Positions 11,638 through 24,748 of a stretch of DNA of 64,000 bases are shown one piece after another. This DNA comes from Takakia lepidozioides (lineage: Eukaryota; Plantae; Bryophyta). Position numbers and translations under genes: made by a program. The stretch covers positions 40,920,001-40,984,000 of the forward strand of contig CM060731.1 in assembly GCA_030704615.1 (NCBI GenBank), in the 5' to 3' direction. Under the pieces are notes generated by a model. It saw nothing but the letters and a program-made list of their open reading frames with translations. It had not been told where the DNA came from and ran no database searches. Position 1 is the stretch's first letter; every line of letters begins with the position of its first letter.

Positions 11638-12753
11638 TTGCGTGCTTCATTCAACGCCCCTACCCCACAGTTGCATCCTTTACCAATCATGGGATTGGGC
11701 TACAGGTGGAGTCTTGACTTCGCAGGACCATTGCCACTGACTATGCGCCACCACAAATATGTGTTGGTGATGGTGGAGCACTTCTCCAAGTGGATTGAGT
11801 TGGTTCCATTGCCTGACAAGGCTAGTGAGGGGGCTACGTATGCATTCTTGGATCATGTGCTGAGCCGATTCGGTGCTCCAGCTGAGGTACTCACGGACCA
11901 AGGGAGCTGAGAGTTCTTGGGGGAGTTTCAGGCTTTGTGTGATAAAGCTTTGATAGACCACCGCACCACTTCTCAGGATCATCCTGAGGCCGATGGCTTG
12001 GCAGAGAGAGTTGTTCAGACGGTGAAGATGGGTTTGTGCAAGTATGGCTTGCAGAAGGGACACCTAGGAGATTGGGATCTTCATATGCCTTGGTTAGCCA
12101 TGGGCTACAGGTTCAGCAAGCAAGCATCACTTGCCTCCTTCTCACCATATTTCCTTCTCTTTGGCCGAGAGCCGGATTTGCCTGTAGCCATTCGTAGGGA
12201 CACTGCTCAAGTCCTTAACCTTGCCGATCCGGACGTGTGGGTACGTGCATGTGATCAGCGTGCAGAGTTGTTCAAGAAAGTCATGCCTATGGCTTTTGAG
12301 AACCTTGCCATTGCACAGCACCGTGATACGTTGAGGTATGCCACTATATATGGTGGAGGATATCGTCCTGGGGTTCGGAGGTTTAGCCCTGGTGACTATG
12401 TTTATTTGCAGTAGACTGCTCCTACGACCCTGGATGTCACTGCATGACGTATTATTCTGAGGGTTCGAGATGTGTTGCCCTCAGGAGTCTTGATCTTGGA
12501 GGGTCGGGATGACATGACTTGGAAAGACCATGTGCGTAATTGTGCGCCATGTCACCTTCCCAATGACAGAGTTGATCCAAACTTGGCAGTGGTACTTGCA
12601 GGTTTGAGGTGCATGCTCTGTGGGTCTGCCAAAGGGGCAGCCACCATGCTGGTGTGTGATCGATGCTCAAGAGGTTGGCACATAGGATGCTTGACACCAC
12701 CTCTTGAGAAGGTTCATGATGGAGATTGGTTGTGTCCACACTACTTGGGATAG
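11638..12753 (+). mobile_element. Ty3/gypsy integrase core plus C-terminal PHD finger (decayed)
   Basis: rve motifs WSLDFAGPLP, VMVEHFSKW, VLTDQGS*EF, HPEADGLAERVVQT, SPYFLLFGREP, FSPGDYVYL. PHD: CMLC...MLVCDRCSRGWHIGCLTPPL...GDWLCPHY (last Cys mutated). In-frame stops at 11908 and 12412. Confidence 0.92.
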
Positions 12754-13013
12754 TGGCAGTGGACATGACTAGAGGCAGCTAACAAGACATGGGAGGCCAA
12801 GCTCATAGGAGTCAATACACGAGATTCCAGGCTCAAGTTCACAGGTTGCAAGACGGCGACTAACGATGGGGCAACTCTTGCACCCGACCTCTTGATCTAT
12901 GGAGTTTGAGTGTAGTAGGGACAGTGGTGGAGGACTTAGTGAGGCTATGGTCACTATCACATCTTGTGGCTACCTGGACTTAGAAGGACCTAAGCACCAG
13001 CTAGGGGGGCGAT

Positions 13014-13518
13014 TGTGTGGACTAGTGACTGCCATAGTGGGCAGCATAGTGGCAGCTTAGTGATTGACTAGTTGTAGCCTAATGGTTGGACTAGTGGTGG
13101 ACTAGTGATATACTAGTGTGTGGTATGCACATGTGTTGTGTGGTTTTGGACAGAGATGTAGTTGTGTAGCGATATGTATGCGCACGACAGCTGTCAAGTT
13201 ATTTTACCACTAGTGTGAAACTAGCTAGGAAATAGCTAACTTTTACATATTGACATTTGGGATTGGCCCAAGTATCAATCCAGGGGTCAAGGCAGATTTA
13301 GGCCCTGGAGTGGTTATCTTCACGGCAAGTGCGGGAGACTCATTTTTCTCGAGTTGAGCCTCACCGCGCCTAGCTATGGCGCTGTAGTATGGATTCCCCA
13401 TGGCGTGGGGTGCACTTGGTTTGATTTGTATTTGAGTGATGAGTTTATATATGCATGAGTTTATGCGTCAGCTTTGTGAGCTCGTATGAGCTTGTGCTTG
13501 TATTCTTCTTCTTTATCA
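13014..13518 (+). repeat. 3' LTR of the gypsy element (~505 bp, TG...CA), preceded by a polypurine tract
   Basis: PPT-like AGGGGGGCGA at ~13003-13012, then TGTGTGGACTAG... ending CTTTATCA. Its first 176 bp recur immediately downstream. Confidence 0.75.
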
Positions 13519-13519
13519 T

Positions 13520-13695
13520 TGTATGGACTAGTGACTGCCATAGTGGGCAGCATAGTGGTAGCCTAGTGACTGACTAGTTGTAGCCTAGTGGTTGGACTAG
13601 TGGTGGACTAGTGATATACTAGTGTGTGGTGTGCACATGTGTTGTGTGGTTTTGGATAGCGATGTAGTTGTGTAACGATATGTATACGCACGACA
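13520..13695 (+). repeat. Tandem truncated second LTR copy (176 bp)
   Basis: Near-identical to 13014-13189; starts TGTATGGACTAG one base after the CA end of the first LTR. Confidence 0.85.
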
Positions 13696-13967
13696 CTGAC
13701 GACAGTGGATGAAAATCAGAGTGCTGTCCTAATTCTGGGTTTGGGTGGTGGAGCTTCTCTAAAGCTTGAAGATGGAAGTGAATATGAATTTTAATGAGCT
13801 TGATGAGAGGGGCAGCCCTGTGCACAAGTTTGTTCAGCATCTTAAATTTAGACATGTTTAGACAAAAGTGCTGTAAAGGCCGACCTTGGAAAGAACATTT
13901 TTTCTCGTTTTGTTTTGTTTTGTTTTGTAGCGTCGTCGAGATCTCCCAAACCGCGGGGCCCCAACGC

Positions 13968-14288
13968 AGGTGCTTGGTGCCGTTGGAAAGTCTTCGATGA
14001 GGAGGGGTGCACCGGCTTGGTCTCATGATTTTTGGCCATGTGGTGTAGGAGATATCGAATTTCAAGTGCTTTGGGTCGCTGTAAATTTGGGAAAAATAGC
14101 AAAGTGGGCTTTCCTGGAGCAATGATTGGCCCTTCACATGGGAGATTTGGAATTTCAAGTACTTTAGGTTGCTGGAAATTCGCAAAAAAAGCAAAGTGGA
14201 TATATCAATATATGAAGCCTCGCCAGGGGAGATTCAAAAAGCGAGTGGGCTTTGTTGGAACAATGACGTGGAGATCTCCCAAACTGCA
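13968..14288 (+). repeat. Dispersed repeat; inverted copy at 52335-52660
   Basis: Colinear reverse-complement similarity over ~320 bp (e.g. GGTGCTTGGTGCCGTTGGAAAG, TTTCCTGGAGCAATGATTGGCC, GTGGAGATCTCCCAAACTGCA). Confidence 0.85.
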
Positions 14289-17200
14289 ACTGTCAGTTGA
14301 AAAACCCACCTCCCATGGTTTGGGAGCTTGCTTTGTCTTGCACCTTGACCTGATCACCAACACATAGTCAAATATGAAATATGTGTCTGCAATGACAGAA
14401 TGTGACCTAATCTTGAGGGCTGGAGGCACTCCATATCAGGCATGTGAATTCTTCATTGATAGTGATGATCACCCACGACCAAAGAGCTGCAAAAAACTCA
14501 TTTTTCTATAAAGTCTCTCACTAACTACAGTAAAAACAAGCTCAAAATCTCTCAGTCATCCAATCATTGATACCCCTCCAGTAACATCCAACTACTCAAT
14601 ATCCAATAGAGAAGTTACAGAACCATTAACGGTAATTTAAATTGACACCAAAACTGCTGAAAGATAGCATCTTACAGACATGCCATATTGGGATCGATTT
14701 GGCTATTTACAGAATCTGCAATTGCAGATACTAACGCTACAGCACAAATTCACAATTGTACAAGAAACTGACTACAAGCAACACTGTTTTTATGTTTGCA
14801 TGCAGTAACTTATGTCCATACTCCCCCAATATCTCTGGCACACACCTTGAATGTGGGGCAGTCATGAATGCCAACATTCGAACGTTGCAAGGAGTCACAG
14901 AAACTCCCATTGCCTATAGGTTTTCTCAACAATCCCACCGCCCGACCTGATGGCATAGTGAAGGGTGTCAACTGCAGGGGGTACCCCCCAGAGAAGTGGC
15001 ATGGCCACTGTCATGGTCAACTTCTCGTTCAACCCCCCAGTGCTTTCTTTCTCTGCAACCACCACCTGCAATACATCCCAGAAGTCTCTGTTTTGAGCAT
15101 GTAGAAGGAAACAAAGGAAAAATATTCTGGGGTTACTAATAGAGTAATTGGAAAGCTCAATGAAGGTCTAAAGCAGGACTACAACTAACTAAACATCTAT
15201 GTGCTTCAGAATGGATGGCATGGTTCTTAGGTTACATTATTTCTTACAGTAATACTCAACTTCCCCTCCCCTCCTTTTGCCCACGAATTGAGGCTGAATC
15301 AAGTGACCACCTCATGCAGGCATTTGATGATCAGGAGTGTTGTAAGTTGCAAGTGGTCGGCTGACTTTACCCTGATGTGTGACTGAACCAAACTGCCAGA
15401 AATTACACTAGTATTATCATCAATGCCTGTCTTGTCAATCAACGCACACACCATAAATATCTTACATATCAAGGTGAATAGGTAAGGAGGGTACCTCCCC
15501 ACCCTGCTCAAGCACAGTATTCTGGACAACATCATTGAGCATCTCAATGGAACGGCAGAAGCCAAACACACAAAACCTGCGCCCCGTGTCCAAGCCCTGC
15601 CCATCACCCCCATTGTGACACAGATTATCTCACATTGCTATTTGCAGGACTAGAATCTCAATGCTTGCACTAGCAGCTATCTATGGAGACTTCACTCATT
15701 TGGTGAGCATCTTGACCTTTTAAGCAAGCTGCCGTGAAGTTACCCCTTTTGACTTAAACCAATTCTTCCACCTTAAAACTAAATCAGCAGTTTGCAGGAA
15801 GTCAGCAGAGATTGTGGAAGATCTCAGAAGATTCATGTGATCTAAGGTTAGAAAGGCATCAAACCACACGGACATTGGTAGCGGCAATGTCAAATATGGC
15901 ACCCAAACAGAGGCCCTGCTTGGGATCCATATAGTCCTCTTCACGGTAGCGCCGCTGCCTACTCAAAGCTCTTAGCTGTGCCTGCCTCCTCTGCCAACCA
16001 CTTTCCCTCTTTCAGTGTCCTAATGACCTCATCTCTAAGAGCTGCATAACCTCCTCTATGTTGACGACACACTTAGCCACTGACTTTGGGGTTGCAGTGA
16101 TCTACAGAGGTGAAAATTGTAAACTTTCAGGTAGAAACAAACCACTGCATAACTGCAGAAAAACTGACCCATTCCCTGGACTTTGCAGGCAGATAACCAC
16201 CCCATAAGCTTCATTTTCTAAGAATGAAGTGCCCCTTTTGGAGTTTAGAAGGACACAGTCATCACAAGAATAAACTTCCAGGATGCTGCAGCACCAAATG
16301 TCCATACCCAAATGTATATGCCACAAATATGGGTACTGAAATAGTTGAGCAAACAGTTGTATTGAAAACCCCCTCCCTCAGCCTTGGGCTCTCTACTGTT
16401 CCGTTAGCCTCTTACAGGTGAGTAAAATGTGTTTCTATCCTTTGCAAAAAAACCCTCCCCCACATTATCCAACAAGCGAGAACAATCTCTCTAGAAGCCA
16501 GCAGAACAAGATTCAGACACAATACCAAGGCTAGAAAGAGAAGACGGACAACATGATACCTTTGATGAGGACGGGTGTGGTCGCAAATGGGAGCCCCCAA
16601 TGCGTATCAACCCATCTGTGGTGAGAAGTGTGATGATATCGTCTTGTATCCATTCCAAGTCTGTCACAACAAATCCCTGCCCTTATTAACTACAACCAGC
16701 AAGATGACATTCAGCTGTCTCCTTGTAGATCCCCTAGGTCAGCATGAACACCTGACAATGGGCCACCTAGCAGAAATGAGAGGCGCATTCATGTTTTAGT
16801 TCCAAAACTGCTTTAAGCCATTTCTTTGTTTCTTTGTTAGGACTTCTTCCCTTTAAGAGAGAAAAACCTCCAGCCGTAGCAACTACGACCTCACCTTTCG
16901 TCTACTGGCCCCTTTGGGAGGTGGGTCCCTAAATTCTTCCCTTTGCTAGAAAATTAGCTGAGGAACAGGCCAAGATCCATAGGTCAGAAAGCTGCAAAAG
17001 GCAGACACACCTTGAGCTGCCAAACAAGGGAATCAAGATGGGAGACAGGCTTCCATTGTCCCTGGGAAAGTTCCTCTTTTCACTCTTCATCTTCCAAAGA
17101 CAACTGAATCACAATGTCATCGAAATATGCAACGCACAAACCAGTCACTCTGAAAAGGGCATGACTTATTGTGTGTGCCATGGGAGGTTGGGAGGCTGAC

Positions 17201-18902
17201 AGTCCTCTTTGTACTCCGGTTTTGTCGAATGACTTAGTGTGTTTCTCTTTCAAAAAAAGGTTAATAAGAAGAGGGCGGTAACAGGAGGAAGAGTTTCAAT
17301 AGTTATGAAGGCACAACCCACCCCTTCCAGGGCTCTATAGAGGCGCTAAGATCCACCTGTCATGTGAAATCCAGAAGGGCAAGATTGCTTGTCAACACCA
17401 GTATTTAGCAGATAACACATCTGCCATGCCTGATAAAAGAGCTCTGAACAGAGAACCTAAGTGAGCAAGCAGTCAACTTCTCATGTACTCTTTTCTGGAG
17501 TAGGAACATGATTATGCAGTAAAGAGAAATCATAAGATGCAAACATTTATCACTGACAGGTCTTCATTTCTAAAAGGGGGAGAACAGACACAATCAGTAG
17601 CAGACATACGAGTCTACGGACTGTGGCAGGTGCACCCTCGCAAAACCTTAATCTGGGCGGACAGACTGGTTGTGATGTGTTTGAAACTGTGGACATAGGC
17701 AGGATTCTGCAGGAATACATCAAGACAACATTTTTCTATTCCTTGAATTCAACACCCCAAACCAGGTGCAATGCTGTATGAAAGTTAGGGCGTTACTGGT
17801 GAACCTCAGCTCCACGAGTACAATTCTATGCCATGATTACAGATACCCCCCCCTCCATTAGGGTTACATTTTTGTCACCAATAGGCATCAGCCCCAGTCT
17901 CCAAGGACAAACTCATAGAAGGGTGTGAATTGGACTTCCAACTCTGTAACCCCCTTAAGTGCAGATATGCTGGCTATGATTTGAGGGCTGACATCACCAA
18001 GAGTATTTTCCCTCCTCCATTCCCTCTCTCCTATGAAAGATGACAGCAGACCCATAAATTAGTTGATTAGAGGTTGGCCCTTGTAGATCCTTGCGAATGA
18101 GGAATATTTGCATCATTTGCACCTTCAAGTATCAAGACACGGCAGCAGATCAGCAAGCTTACCACTATTATCGGGTGCCTGCCATGAGGGATCCCATGGA
18201 TATAGCCCAAATTCGTCTCTTGGACTCCACGCTGACCACCTCAGTTCATCATCTTCTTCTCCATCATTGCTAGAATTATCCCATGAGGAGCGTACAGACA
18301 GTTTCCTCGGAAACGCCTGGAAAACTTCTTTCACAGCTCTTAGATGTCCGCCCCAGCATACACGCTGCAGTGCTGTCTTGAAGCTTCCCAGTCTCACTTG
18401 TCGTCTAATTTGCTTGGGAAATCCTGTGTGGCGCCTCTGGCTCAGCTTATTAGATGAAGGACGAGCCTGGGTGTGTGGGTGCGCTACAGACGGGCAGCAG
18501 AAGGATGCCTGCAGGCAGCATCCCTCTGCCATGCTCTTTCCTTAATACACCCTACCCTTGAAAGTTTCGAATTGTTTACAGCCTTCTCCCGCTCAATATC
18601 CTTATTATTGCAGCATTCAGACTTCAGACCCCTTAAGCAGATTAAATGGAGAATGGAGTGACCTGGTCAGACAGACCAATTGCTCGCTCAAGGTAGATAG
18701 CACGTCCTAAGAAGCACGCTAGCGATGACTTCCTAGGAGGGCCACAATTCTTGCAAGAGGACTCTGTAGCGCCCTTCGTCTCTCTCTAAAACGATATAAT
18801 TCTTGCACTGGAAGTCTGCACGCGTCCAAAGCTGAAGCAGTCCAGGCCCAGGGGGTAAGCAAAACTTGTATGCATTGAATGCAAGCAAGCAACACCACGA
18901 CC

Positions 18903-19158
18903 CACAATCGAAAATACAGACAGCAGTCTCAAAAACGGACACTGTAATCTTCTACTGCGAACCCAAAAGTCCCACGAGTTCTCTGCACACGAATAGAGGA
19001 AGAAGAGAAAGAAAGAAGAAGAGCGCCGAACACTACGCTTCACAATCGCAAATACAGACAGCAGGAGACTCTACAATCCTCTAATGCGAACCCAAAAGTC
19101 CCAAAAGTTCTATGCACACGAATAGTGGAAGAAGAGAGAGAAAGATGAAGAAGGGCCC
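18903..19158. repeat. Imperfect tandem duplication (~135 bp x2)
   Basis: CACAATCG.AAATACAGACAGCAG...TGCGAACCCAAAAGTCCCA...GCACACGAATAG.GGAAGAAGAGA at 18903 and 19041. Confidence 0.8.
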
Positions 19159-21659
19159 CGAGAAAGTTTGATGTCCAAGAAAAAGAGATAAAGGAAGCAG
19201 TCGGAGGAACTGAAGAGTCAAATGGTCCCCTATCTCATTCATTCCTTCACAAATGTTGTCGACTACGCACATGGCGCCATTTCATTCGGCAATCATGGCA
19301 GCTTTGTGAAGAATTGGTTGGTCCACCAACGGATGTCAGTGTCGGGTAGTTCGCTGCTTACCTACAATCACAATACGGTAGTTGCCATCCCCATAAAAGG
19401 CCATTGATAAGTGCGTCTCATGCAAGTAACACGTCTTGAATCTATCGACTTCAACAGTCTCCGAGCTCGGAATCATTCTACACATAATCTCAAAATCAAA
19501 GCTGAACCAATCAAACCCTGCCCTGTGGGCCCTCGTGTCATACGTTTCGCCTGGGACCGGAGATGGACATGTCAACTTAGTACACTTTCGTCTTTCCCTC
19601 GAGTTTTGATGGGACTTTCCATCAATTCAAAGGGCTGAAGTAGTGTAATGAGATGTTGGTTGACAACTCGCCATGTATCGAGGCAAGAGAAACGGAACTC
19701 AAGCGCCCCCTAAGCGGAACGATGGAAACGAAGTAGTAGACTGGCTCCAAGGTTGAAAGTAGTGTCCAGATATGGCGGCGATCCGGCCGAGCATGGTGGA
19801 GGAGCAGCAGTATGCAATTCACACGTCAGCTGCACGCACAGCTGCATCTTTCCAGATCCAGTTCGCAGCTGTTTTGAATCTCTGAGACTCCACAAAATCT
19901 CACTACTTGCACTCACTATTGGCCTCCTTCCTCAGCTTAAGTCTCACTACGATGCTGCATCTTTCCATATCCAGGCCGTATGCGTCATTTGAATCTCTCA
20001 CATTCGTACTCACTAGACTCGTACGAGCTTCTGACATACTTCTGGTTCGTGTGCTGCTTGTCCCTGTGCTTGACGAACACTGTGAACTGACATGATTTAA
20101 AACGAGCTTCAAGCTCTGACTAGTGTCCTTCTCCTGATCTACTGATATATAGTCCTCACATTGTTCAAATGAATTCCTCTCAAATTGCAGCGGTGTGGCC
20201 ACCATTTCAACTCCTCGTTTCTGTAAACGTATAAACCCACTGGCTCTAGATCCAGGCACCTGTGACCCACATTTCATATTGTGTCAAGGTCACCCACAAC
20301 AGATCTCATCCTCTATCTCATAGAAAGTAGTTAGATGTCTGTGATCATCATCTTTATTTTGAAGATCAATTGAATCTACTAATGGGCTGTATCTTGTTGA
20401 CCCAGTTTTACTACCTTAATCCTTTACTGGAGAACAGCTAAGTACTCCTCGCTGTCTTCTCTGTCTCTGTGTGTGCTCCTGGCAGGCAAACAGTGCGCAG
20501 CTCTGGATGCTCACTGTATTCTCAGATCACCTATTTATCTCTCGCTAGTTACCAGATGCTTTTATAGAGTGCGTGGTAAGGACTAGGACTTTCCATTGTA
20601 AATTTGTACAAGCTTTCCTGCAACTTTCGAGTTTGACAATTAGCTCTGAGCCTTTGAGCTCCATCAAACGACCTTGTCTCGTGGGCAACACGCAGCCCTG
20701 TAAGTTATCATGTAAACTCATCTGTTCTTATTTAAGATGTACCCGACACCACAGTCATAGAGCTCATGTCTCGAGACCAATCTAAATTGATGGGGTCACC
20801 TATCACGCAAGTGCTAGACTTGTCTGTACATCAAATGTTCTTTCACTCGTACTCTCACTATAGAATGTTAGCACGTTAGCACCTAAGCCCCTACATGTTG
20901 GTTGAGTTGAGCTCGTTCTTGAGCAAGTTGAAAATTGCCGTATGTTTAGATGCTCATTTCTCCGTCTCACAGTCCGAATTGTCCACATGGGGCTCTTTTT
21001 ACTAGAAACAAGACTAGAAAATCTTTGTGCTCCATTAGCTGTAGTATAAAACCAATCGTTGAATTTCCTTCTATTGCAGCAGCAAGCTGAAGATCACGAC
21101 TTTCTCGAGATCGTTGTGCACTCAAAGATTCATGAAGAATTAAATTATTGTTTGACAAGTGTTTTTTCAAAGGGAAGGGATTGATCCGATTGACGTCAGG
21201 GTGGGCGTCATCTCTTTCTCAAGGGAGAGGACAATGCTAACTCTGCACCCCCTCTGAACCAAGTGGAAGCAGGACGGGACCACATCCTTAGCTTGCAAAG
21301 CTGATCATCTGATGGCCAATGCTCCATGATCATCGCATTGCCCAGGCAATTCATGCACCTCAATAGCTAGGATTCTGGGTGCTCATGAGGGATTCCAAAG
21401 AACTTTTCACTCCAGGATATGCAATGTTGTCTACAGATTTCAATTTGACACGAGTGCTTGATGCCGAAATGCCCAGATGTGGTCTAGTGGTACCCAGTCT
21501 TACAACCTGGGATCACAGAATAACAGTTGACAGTAGTTCTAGCAGTGAGCACTTCTACTTTCAAGACCAAGTATGGATCATAATGCTTCCATATGTCCAA
21601 GTAATCGATTCCACTTATTTTGTTGTAGAGTGGTCACCCAAGTTCTCCGAAGGAGGACT

Positions 21660-24600
21660 TGCATAGCGCTTTCTCAGGGGGCACGTCAAAGCAGATTTGC
21701 ACTGTTGTGTCTCTTCGTTTAAATTCCCAATCCCAAGAGACTGATTGGATCACCATTTGTGAAAAACCTGCCAGAACCATGGACATCTTAACATTTCTGG
21801 TAATTCTTGAGAGAACGAGGTCAGCTTTGGTCCATGATGAATATATTGGAGGTTCCCTTCCACGAGGTCCCATACACCCTGACCTCCAAGATCGATTGGG
21901 GGCGGTGCCTGAGTCCAATGCTCGGCTTCCACAAGCCTGCAGGGAAAGGGGGGGTAGGGGGCAAGCTGCCAAGCTGACCTTGAAAAGAGCCCACGTTCTG
22001 TGCATCTTGTAGTCTGATCTGAGCCTGGCCTCGGTGCACAACTGTCTTAGGTACAGCTCACTCTTTCGAGAATGCCTTCTGTAACCTGTAAGCAATGTTC
22101 AGTAAAGCTCATACTCACCAAACATGCTCCACTCACTCGTGGTGTTGCAGATGTCCCATAGCTTTACGATGCTGTAGCTGCACGCACGACTTTGAGTTAA
22201 AGTTTGATGGCACTGAGAAACACTCTGCTGTCACATATCTCTAGAGCATCTACAGTTTCTTATTGGATGATGCCTGCGTAGACCTGCAGGGCTGGAAAAA
22301 GCATCGAGGAAAGCAGCAGAAGGAGGCCTTTGCAGTGCAGCTGAGAAATGCATGTGGGTTAGATTCTGAAAAATGATTCGTCAAATGCGCCTGCAGACAT
22401 TGGAAAACCCGGTTGTGTTTGAAGACCCAGATGTGCCCAATTGGACATGAAGAAATCCAAATGAAATGCTGGGGCAAGGGATTCCATTCTAGGAAATAAC
22501 TACAAAGTATTGTGTGCTGATTGTGTGGAGCCTTGTCACAAGGACTTACTGCTGCTACCTAGGTCACCGTCAGATAAAGCCTGCCAGCACAGAGAGGAAA
22601 TAGAACACGAAGGTCAGACTATAGGTCATGGCTTGTTACTGGTCTTCTAAGGCATTTGAGTACTTTCCAGGGGCACAGATAGTCATAGCAGTAGATTCCG
22701 TGCTGGGGTATGGGTTTTTGGGTAGTAAATATGCTCTGATGCTTGATAGGGACATGGGACAGATACATGGGAGCAGATCGGGTGGAAAGCATTTTGCAGA
22801 GTTGATCTCATTGTGCTGTAGCTGGCAGATTTTTGAATGCTGCATACTCGAGAAAAGGATGCCAAAAGAGATGGAGGTGATGGAGGTAGTACTCGAAGAG
22901 GTAGTGATCCAGTAACCCCCAGCAGGGAACCAGTGGTTTAAATCATTGTCTTTGAACCTTGAAAGCAGAGAGAGCTGCAAAGAGTAGCAAGATAAAGCAG
23001 ACCTAATCTTGTGTAGTACAACTTGTCTTGTGTAGGTGCACAAAGGAATTCAGGGCCCTTCTGCACAAATGAGCCCCTCAACTTTTCTAATTGTATGCAA
23101 AAAGGGTGCGCAGCCTCTCCCGACCATCAAATGCACTTGTGAAATCTGCTTCGTATGTACATGAGCCAAAAAGAGATAACATGCTCACAAGCACCCAATC
23201 ACTGCACGAAGGGGAACCAGACCTGTAGATTACACAATATATCCGTAAAAACACAGTGGATATAATTACCCCACTGAAAGGGACATTCCCCCATACTGTG
23301 GTGAGAGCATTACAACTCACAATCAAACAGTATCGGTACCATGTGGGAACTCATCACTACCCAGCAGCAGGGAATGGTTCTGTGCAGGTTGACTGCCTGG
23401 TAAAAGAAGACTTTGTAGTCAAGGGCAGTGAAAGCCTCCGAAACCCCAATTCCATTACAGTTGAGTTGCCAACCAGTACTCAACCCTGTGGCAAAAACTA
23501 TCCTACCTTAAGCACTTCATATATCTGATACAGAGCTGATTTTTGCAGGAGAGGAAATCAGCTGCCCAGTGAAACTGGAGAATGAGGGCTCCACTGTCCT
23601 CTTTTATACCTGGGAGCGTAGGCCTAGGCTGAAAATTTTACCCAGGGTCTTAGGTGCGCTGAGCCACTGCATCCCCTCCTTTCCACTTCTTTGCAGTGAT
23701 GATTTGAGACACAGGAAAAAGTAGGAATGTAGTTGGTGCTTAAGGTTTTGCAAGCTTGTTGGTGGGATTAGTTTGGTCTGCATGCTGAAAGATGCCTTGC
23801 AAACATCAAAATCTTTAGCTTTCAGGAAAGATGTCCTTCCCCAAAGAATGATGTTTACCTTGTGTCAGTTTGAGTGTAAGTCTACTTGGAACTCTTGGAA
23901 AAAGATCAGACATCTGTTCCACCTGCAAGGACATCTTTTCCTTTGTTGTCAAGAAAGTTTAGTAAAAGTAGACTACTGAGACTTAGTCATGTGAACTCGG
24001 GTCTGCAGGTAAGCACATTACAGATTGTTGGGCATTCTCAGTCATGAACGTTTCTGGGAGTGTACTGTCGGGAGAAACTAAAGAATTTTCCTTCAAGTTT
24101 AAGTCCGATGTGCCAGGCACATTCATGGAAAGCTGGGTGCTGCACATACGTCCTAAGCTTCCAGTGGACCTGGAGCCTCTCACCCTCAAGGGTGTGGCCA
24201 TCTTAGAGGACAAGAATAGGTTTGAAAACCCTCCCCGTCTCTTTACCTGCATGAGAGCTATTCAGACTAGTGATGAAATTGAGCCCCTTTTGCATCTCTC
24301 TTCGAGAACAGCCTGCAGCCAGGACTGAACTACCTTTGGGAGGGGGTAAAGGTGGGTCAGAGATTGCTGAATCTAAATCTGAAAGCAAGTTCAGATAATC
24401 GTGTAAACCATTCACTTTTTGTTGGTAGTCGGCATCAATTCTGAATCTCACGAGAGTGAAACGATCTTGGTCGCGGGAACTGGGTGCAACAGGGACCTGC
24501 GAGACAAGCTAACGAAAGTACTGGATTACCGGGAAATGATGCGTGGAGTTGACGAGGCATACGAGACTCTGGTTCTCAGAGCATGCGAGACACCACCCCC

Positions 24601-24748
24601 AGCTTCCCCAGAAGAATCCGAATCCGTGAAGCCGTCCAACAAAAAATCCCCAAAATCACATCGCAAAAAGAAAAGGAAATCTGTCTCCCCAATGCCAACA
24701 CTTCGTTCCCTGACTGCCTATGGCCAGAGATGGGCTCAGACAAAATAG
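21660..24748 (+). pseudogene. MYCBP-associated protein (MYCBPAP/FAP147)-like ciliary gene; 3' exons look intact, 5' part apparently degenerate
   Basis: Exon ~23549-23650 VKLENEGSTVLFYTWERRP; exon 24042-24219 SGSVLSGETKEFSFKFKSDVPGTFMESWVLHIRP...LKGVA; exon 24493-24748. These resemble the MYCBPAP domain (NxGTxxxxYxW; GVILPGExxxFxFxFKSxxxGxFxExW). An upstream exon-like block has an apparent stop (~22450). The 5' boundary is uncertain. Confidence 0.55.

Noticed and set aside
17110-17140. LCVAYFDDIVI on the minus strand, resembling an RT YxDD motif
   Set aside because: No other RT motifs at the expected spacing; probably chance.
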